Below, in pieces: positions 27,996 through 36,710 of a stretch of 37,542 nt of DNA. The translations under genes and the position numbers were made by a program. Source of the DNA: Polyangiales bacterium (GTDB lineage: Bacteria; Myxococcota_A; Polyangia; Polyangiales; Houyiibacteriaceae); the NCBI GenBank assembly GCA_045106895.1, contig JBGCFM010000150.1, positions 1 through 37,542 of the forward strand, in the 5' to 3' direction. The notes under the pieces are model-generated. The model ran no database searches. It saw only the letters and a program-made list of their open reading frames with translations, and was not told the origin of the DNA. Within the stretch, counting starts at the first letter, position 1. Every line of letters begins with the position of its first letter.

Positions 27996-28361
27996 CTAAA
28001 ACGCGTCGACGTAATAGTCGACGATGTGTTGTGGCTTGAGGGTGACCCCAGCGACGTCGAAGCGAACGTCGTGCTGGCCGTAACCCGGGTGCTCTTCGAG
28101 CCAGCGACGTGCGCCGAGGCGAAGGGACTCTTGTTTCTTCGGGCCCACGCTTTCCGCCGGCGCGCCGAAATCAGCGTGCTGTCGCGTGCGAACTTCGCAG
28201 AACACCAGCAAACGCCCTCGGGTCGCAATGATGTCGATCTCGTAGCGTCCAGCCCGTGCGTTCCTCGCCACAATAAGAAAGCCGCGCTCCCGAAGAAGCG
28301 CGGCCACATACGTTTCGCCTTGCCGGCCGATCTCTTGTTTGGAGTCGGCCGCGTTGGTCAT
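27996..28361 (-). CDS. yraN: YraN-family (UPF0102) putative endonuclease
   Basis: G..GE..A..L..RG..I.ARN.R....EIDIIA....LVFCEVRTR, ESV..KKQ, RFDV. Confidence 0.9.
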   Translation of the reverse strand: MTNAADSKQEIGRQGETYVAALLRERGFLIVARNARAGRYEIDIIATRGRLLVFCEVRTRQHADFGAPAESVGPKKQESLRLGARRWLEEHPGYGQHDVRFDVAGVTLKPQHIVDYYVDAF

Positions 28362-28365
28362 GCGA

Positions 28366-28842
28366 TCATCGGTTGACGAGATCGGCACGCAAGCAGTAGC
28401 TGCCGCGGATGCCAACACCACCCTGGGTCAGGATTGGACCCGCTGCAGTTCCGAGACTTGGATCATCGCTGCAGACAAAGCCTTCTCCGCACTCGCAGAG
28501 AGGGGTGCCATCGTCCACGCCTCCGGCGGTTCCACAGCGGCACGTGCAAAACACGCGCTGCGTTCGTTCGATCTCGTTCGGGTAGAGTTCTTCACAAACA
28601 GCAGGCGACTGCCCGCCCTCGATGCACTCACTGATCGTCAGCGTTGGGTCGCCGTTCAGCTTGTAAACCATGCAGACGCGCGTGCGGCACTGAACGCTGC
28701 TTGTTTCGAGGTACGTCTCGGAGGCCTGGAAGCCACCTTCCGGTGTGGACTCCGGAGTACACGGATCGCCTACGCCAGTGGAAGGGCAGCCGGTCAAAGC
28801 CAACGGGAGAGCCAGAAGAAATAGAGCCTTGGTGATTCGCAT
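28366..28842 (-). CDS. Cys-rich lipoprotein, GltK/CglC-like gliding protein
   Basis: LTGC lipobox followed by VGDPC, YLETSSVQC..RVC, FCTCRC, C.C.EGF.C, YC; size and position beside gltC fit CglC/GltK. Confidence 0.65.
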   Translation of the reverse strand: MRITKALFLLALPLALTGCPSTGVGDPCTPESTPEGGFQASETYLETSSVQCRTRVCMVYKLNGDPTLTISECIEGGQSPAVCEELYPNEIERTQRVFCTCRCGTAGGVDDGTPLCECGEGFVCSDDPSLGTAAGPILTQGGVGIRGSYCLRADLVNR

Positions 28843-28984
28843 CGCTTGTGTCACTCGTCGAAGGATAAATGGTTCGTGGAAGTTAGCTGAAGAACGGTCG
28901 GTCCGCATCATAGGTCAGCTTGAGAGTGAGAGGGGGCCTAAACGTCTCTGATTGGGCACCCAGTCAAAAAAAAGAGGATCTTGT

Positions 28985-29013
28985 AAAACAAAGCCCAATT
29001 CTTCGTTGGGCTC
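28985..29013 (-). terminator. Terminator-like hairpin inside the gltK leader
   Basis: Minus strand GAGCCCAA-CGAAGAA-TTGGGCTT followed by TGTTTT. Confidence 0.5.
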
Positions 29014-29065
29014 GGGTTCCATGAACCAGTCGGATGGAACAGATTGTTTTTCCAAACCGCGCGCG

Positions 29066-29095
29066 AAACTACTCGCACGCCTCAATCGCTGTCAA
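29066..29095 (-). promoter_or_regulatory. Putative sigma70 promoter facing gltK
   Basis: Minus strand TTGACA-18 bp-TAGTTT. Confidence 0.6.
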
Positions 29096-29144
29096 GCGAG
29101 TCTTCGGAACAAAGTCCCCCAGCAGGGGGGCTTTCTTTACCCCC

Positions 29145-29174
29145 TTGACAAGATCGCAACGCCCTTCCTATCAT
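29145..29174 (+). promoter_or_regulatory. Putative sigma70 promoter for gltC-gltD-gltE
   Basis: TTGACA-18 bp-TATCAT. Confidence 0.65.
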
Positions 29175-29281
29175 CGCGCCGCGATACTGGTGCAAGACTC
29201 TGATTTTGTTGAGTTTTCTCCAGTATCAAGACCCTCCCAAAACAAAGGGTCATGGCCGACGGGCCGGAACGAGGAGTGATG

Positions 29282-30937
29282 ATGAGGCGAATCAGGCGAT
29301 TGGTAACGGCGGCATTGGTATTGAGCATGGTGAGCATCGCTCCTGCTTTGACCAACGCGCAGGACATGGAGTTCAACGTCGATGAAACCGGACAGCCCCC
29401 TGCGCCCCCGGCCGATGGACCTCCCAGTGAAGCCTTGGCGAACGCGCTTCGGCTTTACCAGCAGGAACTCTACCAAGAGGCTGCGGTTCAGTTTCAGCGG
29501 GTTGTCGAAGGCGAGACGCAGGACGCGGCGGCCAACGTTCAGAAGGCGCAGTTCTTCCTTGGGAAGTGCCTGTACCACCTTCGTTACTACCAGTCCGCGC
29601 TCGCGATCTTCGACGAGATCGGCCAGCAGGGTCAGGGTCACCTTTACTTTGACCAGACTCTTCAGTGGCTGGCGCAGCTTGCGTCCCAGCTTCCGGAACC
29701 TGCTGGAATCATTGAGAAGGTCGGTCGCTACGGCATCGAGCAGCTCGATCAGTTCAACACCTCCGAGAGCGCGGAACTCTACAATGAGTTGCTCTTCATT
29801 ATGGGCCGCTTCCAGTACGGGCAGGGCGAGTTTGAGCCAGCCATCGACCTCTTCGGTCGTGTCGCAACGGACTCCCCTCTCTACGTGAACGCGAAGTTCT
29901 TCGAAGGCATCGCGTACATTCGAATGCGACAGGCACGTCCCGCGATCGCCTCGTTCCGCGCCATCATTGACGCCATTGAAGGCGGCGACGTTGAGGGTGT
30001 CGAGGACGAAGATCGCATGCGAAACCTGGCGTGGATCTCCCTCGCCCGCGTGTTCTACACGGCTGCCAACCGCACGGGTGATGATGGCGAGACCGCCATC
30101 GACGGCCGTCTCCTCGGTCAGGCTGTTGAAGCTTGGAACACAGTCGACCAGGGCAGTGAGTACTGGCTTCCGGCGCTCTTCGAGTCCAGCTGGGCCTTCT
30201 TCCTCGCTGACGAGTACGCCCGAGCCCTCGGCAACGTGCACACGATCTTCTCGCCTTACTTCGAGGACTCCTACTACCCGGAAGCTCTCGTTATCAAGGC
30301 TGTGACTTTCTTCGTGAACTGCCAGATTGAAAACGCGGGCGCGATGATCGGCCTTTTCCACGAGCGCTACGACCCGGTCCGCCAGGAGCTCGAGTCCCTT
30401 CTTGCTGGCTTCGAAGACAACACACAGTTCTTCGAGTTCCTCGGACAGGTTCGAGCCGGCGAGGCCAACCTCAGCCCTGCTGTTCGCGGCATCGTCGCCT
30501 CGGCACTCTCCGACCGAACACTCCTTCGAAACGTCGAGTACGTCCGCGTCCTTGAAGGAGAAGAGAGTCGCTTGAGCGAAGCTCCAGCTGAGTTCCAGAA
30601 CTCATCCCTGGGTGCACGTATCCTGCAGGACGTGGCTGTCGCTAAGTCCTTCGCCGTCGACCAGACCGGTGACATCGCGCGCGGTCGTTACAACCGACTC
30701 ATCGACGAGCTTGCAGACCTCACAAACCAGATCGACACCGTTGAGATTGAGATTCTCACGTACACACGTGGTCAGGTTGCTCAGGAAACGCAGGACCAAC
30801 TTCAGGGCGGCCAGGGAACAGCTGGTGGTGACGTTGAAGTGGACGAAGAGCACCAGCTTTGGGAGTTCAACGGCGAATACTGGCGCGACGAACTCGGCTA
30901 CTACCGCCAGCAAGTAACCAACCGCTGCGGACGATAA
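29282..30937 (+). CDS. gltC: Adventurous gliding motility TPR protein GltC
   Basis: Signal peptide, TPRs, ALFESSWAFF, ALGNVHT..SPYF...YPE, C-terminal WEFNGEYWRDELGYYR...C; GAGGAG RBS. Confidence 0.8.
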   Translation: MRRIRRLVTAALVLSMVSIAPALTNAQDMEFNVDETGQPPAPPADGPPSEALANALRLYQQELYQEAAVQFQRVVEGETQDAAANVQKAQFFLGKCLYHLRYYQSALAIFDEIGQQGQGHLYFDQTLQWLAQLASQLPEPAGIIEKVGRYGIEQLDQFNTSESAELYNELLFIMGRFQYGQGEFEPAIDLFGRVATDSPLYVNAKFFEGIAYIRMRQARPAIASFRAIIDAIEGGDVEGVEDEDRMRNLAWISLARVFYTAANRTGDDGETAIDGRLLGQAVEAWNTVDQGSEYWLPALFESSWAFFLADEYARALGNVHTIFSPYFEDSYYPEALVIKAVTFFVNCQIENAGAMIGLFHERYDPVRQELESLLAGFEDNTQFFEFLGQVRAGEANLSPAVRGIVASALSDRTLLRNVEYVRVLEGEESRLSEAPAEFQNSSLGARILQDVAVAKSFAVDQTGDIARGRYNRLIDELADLTNQIDTVEIEILTYTRGQVAQETQDQLQGGQGTAGGDVEVDEEHQLWEFNGEYWRDELGYYRQQVTNRCGR

Positions 30938-31027
30938 GTCTGCATTTGCACCCCTGTACCTGCTGCGCAGGACACGAGATTTTGAGAAGTTTGAGAAGGT
31001 GAAGTGAGCTGCATGGAGAATTTGAAC

Positions 31028-34000
31028 ATGAAGCGGGCAATGATCCCGGCCCTTGCAGGGCTCTTGGTTACGGGGGCGCTTTTGATACCCTCGGGGGCAG
31101 ACGCCCAGGGGCAATGCATCACAGCATCGTCGGCGAGTCAGGTGAACGAGTGCCCTTCGGGCAACGCACCACCTGCCAAGCAAACGGGCTCCACTGTTCC
31201 GCGGAGCCAGCTCCGTTCGGCAGCGCCGCGTCAGGTTGAAGAAGCCGCACAGGAACCAAGTGGTCCTGGCTTCGAACTCGACGAAACCGTCCGTACCAAC
31301 CGCGAACGCGGTCAGGTTCGTGCGGCGGAGCTTCTCACGCGTGAGGTTCGCGTTCTCAAACGCCTCGTTCAGAACACACGCCCAAACAACCCACAGCGTC
31401 CGGAGATTCTCCTTCGTCTCGCCGAGACGTACTTCGAGATGCAGCAGTCTCTCAACGCGCAGGTTCGTTCGTTCGATGAGCGAATCTTCCGGGCTTGTCA
31501 GCAGCAGAAGAATCGGAGCAACTGCCGCGAGGCGCGTGGCGGCCAACAGCGAGCACAGGCGAGCCTCGACGAGGCACGCAATGAGTCGATTCGCACTTAC
31601 GCGATCCTTGTGCAGGACCACCCTGACTTTCCACGCATGGATGAAGTTCTCTTTTCCCTCGCGTTTGGTCTTGAGGAACTCCGTCAGCAGGACCGTGCCC
31701 GTCAGGTCTACCACCGACTCATCAAGGGATACCCCCAGAGCCGCTTCATTCCTCACGCGTACCTCTCCTTCGCGGAGTACTACTTCAGCGAGTCCGACAT
31801 GCGGGCTGCGTTGCGTTTCTACGAGAAGGTCACGGACTTCCCTCCCGACCGAAACCCAGTCTACGGCTACGCCCTCTACAAGTCTGCTTGGGCTCACTAC
31901 AACGAAGAAGACTTCCAGGGAGCGCTTCGCAGCTTCGTTCAGACCATCGAGTTCGCCACGGCGAACCCTGACGCGACGGACGCGGCCAACCTAGCGCGAC
32001 AGTCGCGCCGCGAGCTGGTGCTTCCATACGCGATGGTCGGTCGACCAGGTCAGGCCCTCGAGTTCTTCCGGCGCTACGCGACCAACAACGAACAAGCTCT
32101 TGAGATGCTCGAGAGTCTCGCGGAACTCTACTTCGACACCGGTCAATGGCCGGAGACCATCGGCGTCTACCACGAGCTGATGAGCGAGGCGGCAGGTTCC
32201 GACAAGCTCTGTTACTGGCAGAGCCGCGTCACGAACGCTGTTGTGTCCTCTCGTCCGAAGGACGATCAGGTCACCGAGCTTCGTCGCTTGGTCGATGTGT
32301 TCGAGACCTACACGGGACAGAACCATCCTGCGGAAAGCATCACGGAATGTAAGAGCGAGACAGCTGGCGTTTTGGCTTGGCTTGCGACCTCTTGGCACCG
32401 TGAAGCCATCGGCGACGACAACACGCCGGGCACCAACGACCGCACCACGATGCGGCTTGCGGCACGCCTCTACGAGATCCTCATCGACAAGTTCCCCGAC
32501 ATGGAAGAGCTGGAGTTCGACAACATCGCTCGTGATGACTGGCCAACGAACTACAAGGTTTCTTACTACTTCGCGGAGCTTCTCTGGAAGATGGAAGACT
32601 GGGCTCGGTGCGGTCCTGCCTTCGACTCCGTTGTCGAACTAAACCCGCAGGGCGAGTTCACGGGTGACGCGGCATACGCTGCGGTGCTTTGTTACAACAA
32701 CCTCTACCAGCAGCAGTACTCCGGACGCGAACGCGAGACGCGAGAAGCTGCGGCGGAGCCTTCGGGTCGCCGTCGACGCGGACGACGAGGTCGAGCGGCG
32801 CGTGAAGCAGCAGCTGCTGCGGCAGCCGAGGCGGAAGCAAACCGCTACGTCCAGCGCGACTTCACGGAGCTCGAGACCGGCATGCTCAACGCATTCCAGC
32901 GCTACGTTTGCTTCGTCCCGGACAGCGATGACCTCGCGCAGATCAAGTACCGACGTGCTCGCATCTACTACGAGGCCAACCACTTCCAGGAAGCCGCCGT
33001 TCTTTTCAAGGACATCGCTTGGAACCACCGTGACAGCGAGCTCGCTGAGTACGCGGCCAACCTCTACCTCGACTCCCTCAATGTGATGGGATCCGAGATC
33101 GAGCCAAACCGAGTCGAGTGCCTGAACGAGCTTGAAAGCTCCATCGACCCGCTCACGGAGTTCTACTGCTCCTCCCAGCAGGCGATGGATGACCATCCGG
33201 ACCTTTGCGGCGTCCTTGTGACCTTGAAGTGCAACGTCATGCGTAAGCAGGCCGAGGCCTACCACAACAACGAGCAGTTCAAGCGCGCCGCCGCTCAGTA
33301 CGTTCGTATCTTCCGACGTCACCAGGAGTGTGCCGAAGAGGCCAACTTCGCGATGGACGAGGTCCTCTACAATGCAGCCATCGACTTCGAGGCTGCTCGA
33401 CTTCTCGGTCGAGCCATCCAGGTTCGAAACGTTCTCATTGAGCGCTTCCCAGAGAGTCAGTACTCCAAGCGCGCCATCTACTTGGTCGGTGCCAACTTCC
33501 ACGCTCTGGCTTTCTACGAGCAGGCCGCTGGTTACTACGAACGCTTCGCGCGTCAGTTCCCTGGTGAGAATGGTGAGGACTGCTCCGAAGCTGAACGGGC
33601 AAACGGCAGCTGTGCCATCGCCCATGAAGCTCTCCAACAGGCCGTGTTCTTCCGAATCGGTCTGGGTGACACGGAAGAAGCCGTCGCAGACGCCACGCTC
33701 TTCGAACGAAGCTACAAGCGAAGTCTGCCGCGGCAGACGTCACAGGTTGTCTTCGCCGTCGGCAGCATCTACGAGCGCTCGGAGAACTGGTCGCAGGTGG
33801 TCCGCCACTACCGCAAGTTCCTTCGGGACTACCGCCGGCAGGGGCTCCCACATCAGCTGCTTCGTGCGAACGTCCTGATGGCGACTGCACACCGCCAGCT
33901 CGAGCAGGAGCGTGACTCCAGCCGGTACTACCGCGCTGCGATCGCACTCTGGGAGCGTGCACCAAACGCTATCAACGGTTTGGATGACGTGTCCGACACG

Positions 34001-34672
34001 GACAAGATCCTCTACTTGAAGGCCGCACTGGACTCGACGGCGGAAGCTCTCTTCTACATGGCTGAAGAGAAGTACCGTGAGTTCCGCGCGATTCGATTCC
34101 CACGCTACAGTGGTGGACGAAACATGGCTCGCGTCAACGCTTGGGCTCAGGGCGACTTCGCCGAATGGGTCACGGAGAAGGGCGGCGCACTTCGCGCAGC
34201 TGAGACCGAGTACAACGCCGTTGCCGGACTTGAGGTCGTCGTCCGAGAGGGCGTCCCGGCTTTGAACTCGCCACCTTGGCAGATCGCTGCTGCTGCACGA
34301 GTCGGTCAAATGTACCGAACCTTCGTGGATGACTTCCGCGACGCACCGATTCCTTCGGAAATCGAAAACGACGACGAGCTGTACTCGATTTACGTCGATG
34401 CTCTCGAAGGCCAGGCAAACCCACTTCAGGCGCAGGCTGTGTCGAAGTTCGAGTTCTGCCTTCGAACAGCAACCAACGTGCGTTGGTTCAACGAATGGTC
34501 GACGACGTGTGAGCAGGAGCTCAACGGCCTCGACGCTGCCCGCTACCCAATCGCCGCGGAACTCCGCGGTGCACCGAACTTCGTTCGAGGCAGCATTGGG
34601 CGCCCGGGTCCTGTGGAACTTGTATTGGCCGGCGACGAAGATGCTGAGCTTACTGCTGAAGGAGGTGAGTGA
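31028..34672 (+). CDS. gltD: Large periplasmic TPR gliding protein GltD/AgmU
   Basis: About 1215 aa with signal peptide and many TPRs (LLRLAE.Y, YP.MDEVLF.LA, LIK.YP.SRF.P.AY..FAEYYF, ALYK.AW); lies directly before gltE/F/G. Confidence 0.8.
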   Translation: MKRAMIPALAGLLVTGALLIPSGADAQGQCITASSASQVNECPSGNAPPAKQTGSTVPRSQLRSAAPRQVEEAAQEPSGPGFELDETVRTNRERGQVRAAELLTREVRVLKRLVQNTRPNNPQRPEILLRLAETYFEMQQSLNAQVRSFDERIFRACQQQKNRSNCREARGGQQRAQASLDEARNESIRTYAILVQDHPDFPRMDEVLFSLAFGLEELRQQDRARQVYHRLIKGYPQSRFIPHAYLSFAEYYFSESDMRAALRFYEKVTDFPPDRNPVYGYALYKSAWAHYNEEDFQGALRSFVQTIEFATANPDATDAANLARQSRRELVLPYAMVGRPGQALEFFRRYATNNEQALEMLESLAELYFDTGQWPETIGVYHELMSEAAGSDKLCYWQSRVTNAVVSSRPKDDQVTELRRLVDVFETYTGQNHPAESITECKSETAGVLAWLATSWHREAIGDDNTPGTNDRTTMRLAARLYEILIDKFPDMEELEFDNIARDDWPTNYKVSYYFAELLWKMEDWARCGPAFDSVVELNPQGEFTGDAAYAAVLCYNNLYQQQYSGRERETREAAAEPSGRRRRGRRGRAAREAAAAAAAEAEANRYVQRDFTELETGMLNAFQRYVCFVPDSDDLAQIKYRRARIYYEANHFQEAAVLFKDIAWNHRDSELAEYAANLYLDSLNVMGSEIEPNRVECLNELESSIDPLTEFYCSSQQAMDDHPDLCGVLVTLKCNVMRKQAEAYHNNEQFKRAAAQYVRIFRRHQECAEEANFAMDEVLYNAAIDFEAARLLGRAIQVRNVLIERFPESQYSKRAIYLVGANFHALAFYEQAAGYYERFARQFPGENGEDCSEAERANGSCAIAHEALQQAVFFRIGLGDTEEAVADATLFERSYKRSLPRQTSQVVFAVGSIYERSENWSQVVRHYRKFLRDYRRQGLPHQLLRANVLMATAHRQLEQERDSSRYYRAAIALWERAPNAINGLDDVSDTDKILYLKAALDSTAEALFYMAEEKYREFRAIRFPRYSGGRNMARVNAWAQGDFAEWVTEKGGALRAAETEYNAVAGLEVVVREGVPALNSPPWQIAAAARVGQMYRTFVDDFRDAPIPSEIENDDELYSIYVDALEGQANPLQAQAVSKFEFCLRTATNVRWFNEWSTTCEQELNGLDAARYPIAAELRGAPNFVRGSIGRPGPVELVLAGDEDAELTAEGGE

Positions 34673-36078
34673 TGACCACCAAGAACTGGAAACTACTCCC
34701 TCTTCTCTGTGCTCTTGGCGCTGCCACCGCATGTGGCGGCGGCTCGGCGGAAGAACAGGAACAAGCCGTCGGCGAAGGTGGCGAAGCCATCGAAACGGCT
34801 GATGGCACTGGGGTGAGCGTTCGCGCTCACAACAACTGGACCGAGGGCGTGGCAATGTTCGCGGCGAACGAGGACGGCACGTGGAACGAGCAGACTTGTT
34901 CCGCCACGATCGCAAAGTTCGAAGCAGCCGTCGAAGCTCAGCAGGGCGGGCAGTTTGCTGAAGCGCTCTACATGATCGGTCTAACCCAGGAGCGTTGTGA
35001 CAACGATGGCGAAGCCCGTCAGATGTACAATCGCGCTCTCGGCGTGAACGACAAGATGTGCAAAGCGCGCGTCGCCGTCGGTCTCATGGACTTGGCGGGT
35101 GGAAACTCGTCCCAGGCGAACACCGCGTTCCAACGCTCCGTTCGCGATGACCCTCAGTGCACCTCGGGCTACGTCAACCTCGCCATCATGCAGCGTAACG
35201 CTGGAAACGATGCTGAGGCTCTCTCGAACCTGCGTCGTGCTTTGGCCATCGAGTCGGACTACCTCCCAGCGTTCAACCAGATGGCGCTTCTCTACTATCA
35301 GCGTGGTCGCGCAGCAAACGGCGCTGCGTCTCTCGACCTCGCCGAGATCGTTTGTCGGCAGGCTCAGCTCATCGACCGCGAATACGCGACGATCTACAAC
35401 ACCTGGGGTCTCGTGAAGATTGAGAAGGGCAACGTCATCGAGGCGCTGCGCTACTTCGAGCGAGCCATCCAGCTTGATGACAGCATGTTCGAAGCACAGA
35501 TGAACTTCGCGCAGGTCACGCTTTCCTTCCGCGGCTACGAGGATGCGCAGCGTTCCTTCGCACGTTCCGTGGCTCTCGACGACGACAACTACGATGCACG
35601 CGTCGGTCTTGGCGCAGCCCTTCGTGGTCTTGAACGCTTCGACGAGGCGAAGGCTGAGTACGAGCGAGCCATCCAGCTCGATGCGAACCGTCCGGAGGCA
35701 TACTTCAACCTGGGTGTTCTTCACCACGACTACCTCGCACGAGCTGCTTCGGACCCGATCCCGGTGCTTCAGCAGGGTAAGACCTTCTACGAGCAGTTTG
35801 TGACAAAGGCGCGCGGCAACGAGCGTTACGCCGAGACCGTGGAGAACACGACTCGCCGATGTCGCGACCAGGAACCCGGCGCTCAACAGAGCAACAGCCG
35901 AGCCGCTCGTCGTCGTCGATCTCGTTGCCGACCCGGCCGAATTCAGCTCGTCGACATCACGATCGCCGCGATGAACGAGTCTGCTGAGATGCAGCGAGAG
36001 ATGGAGCGAATGCAGGCCCAGGAGGCCGCTCAGCAGGCTGCGCAGGAGCCAGCTGCACCCACTCCGCCAGCGGAGTAG
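34672..36078 (+). CDS. gltE: TPR lipoprotein GltE/AglT
   Basis: ATAC lipobox, tandem TPRs, NFAQVTLSFRGY..A, G.ALRGL.RF, EAYFNLGVL; overlaps the gltD stop codon. Confidence 0.8.
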   Translation: MTTKNWKLLPLLCALGAATACGGGSAEEQEQAVGEGGEAIETADGTGVSVRAHNNWTEGVAMFAANEDGTWNEQTCSATIAKFEAAVEAQQGGQFAEALYMIGLTQERCDNDGEARQMYNRALGVNDKMCKARVAVGLMDLAGGNSSQANTAFQRSVRDDPQCTSGYVNLAIMQRNAGNDAEALSNLRRALAIESDYLPAFNQMALLYYQRGRAANGAASLDLAEIVCRQAQLIDREYATIYNTWGLVKIEKGNVIEALRYFERAIQLDDSMFEAQMNFAQVTLSFRGYEDAQRSFARSVALDDDNYDARVGLGAALRGLERFDEAKAEYERAIQLDANRPEAYFNLGVLHHDYLARAASDPIPVLQQGKTFYEQFVTKARGNERYAETVENTTRRCRDQEPGAQQSNSRAARRRRSRCRPGRIQLVDITIAAMNESAEMQREMERMQAQEAAQQAAQEPAAPTPPAE

Positions 36079-36111
36079 CGAATACCCTGCAAAAGCAGGG
36101 AAAATGGAATC

Positions 36112-36154
36112 GAAACGAGGCGGGCGAAGGCTCGCCTTTTTTCGTTTCTTTTTC
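36112..36154 (+). terminator. Intrinsic terminator after gltE
   Basis: GGCGGGC-GAAG-GCTCGCC hairpin followed by TTTTTTCGTTTCTTTTT; a second hairpin CCCTGC-AAAA-GCAGGG lies just upstream. Confidence 0.8.
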
Positions 36155-36223
36155 AGCACCCCGGGAACCTTTGCGGGAGTCTGCTGTCATTGAGGAGTGT
36201 GCCCCTTGAAGCCCGAAAGCCCG

Positions 36224-36253
36224 TTGACCCCGAGACGCTTCCCAATATAGGAT
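36224..36253 (+). promoter_or_regulatory. Putative sigma70 promoter for gltF-gltG
   Basis: TTGACC-18 bp-TAGGAT downstream of the terminator. Confidence 0.5.
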
Positions 36254-36343
36254 GCGCCTCGGCGGAGACCCTCGTTCTTGAAGACATTCTTCAAAAGCAG
36301 GTCTCCAAACGAGCCCTTCGAGTTTCGAGGAGTGGAGGAAGTC

Positions 36344-36595
36344 GTGGATAAGATTAAGTTTTTTGCAGTCGCTATCGTTCTTGGATTCTCGCTTGGAGGA
36401 GTTGTTTCTCCTGCGGCAGCTCAAGACCCAGCGGGCGAGACAACCTACGACTTCGATGATGACCTCGTGTCCGGTGACCTGGTTCGCCCCGACGGTGAGG
36501 TTCTCAACGTGCGAAGGCGCGGCCGTCGTTCGTCCCTCATCCGCATTCGGGAGCACTTCGTTCCTGAAATGCTGAAGTCGGTCGAGGACCTCTAG
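36344..36595 (+). CDS. gltF: Adventurous gliding motility protein GltF/CglF
   Basis: Signal peptide then TTYDFDDDLVSGDLVRPDGE...SSLIRIREHFVPEMLKSVEDL; GGAGG RBS before GTG. Confidence 0.88.
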   Translation: MDKIKFFAVAIVLGFSLGGVVSPAAAQDPAGETTYDFDDDLVSGDLVRPDGEVLNVRRRGRRSSLIRIREHFVPEMLKSVEDL

Positions 36596-36710
36596 GCACA
36601 CCTCGTCATAGCGCCGCTCTCTTTGATGTTTGGCGCTGTGGCTTTTGTGAGAACGCGAATTTAGGGCAAGAGTTAAGACGTTCCGTCGAGGGCGTCAGCG
36701 GAGGCGATTG

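Noticed and set aside
29171..36159. Several 330-430 aa minus-strand ORFs opposite gltC/D/E
   Set aside because: Codon-bias shadows of the long plus-strand genes with no recognisable domains.
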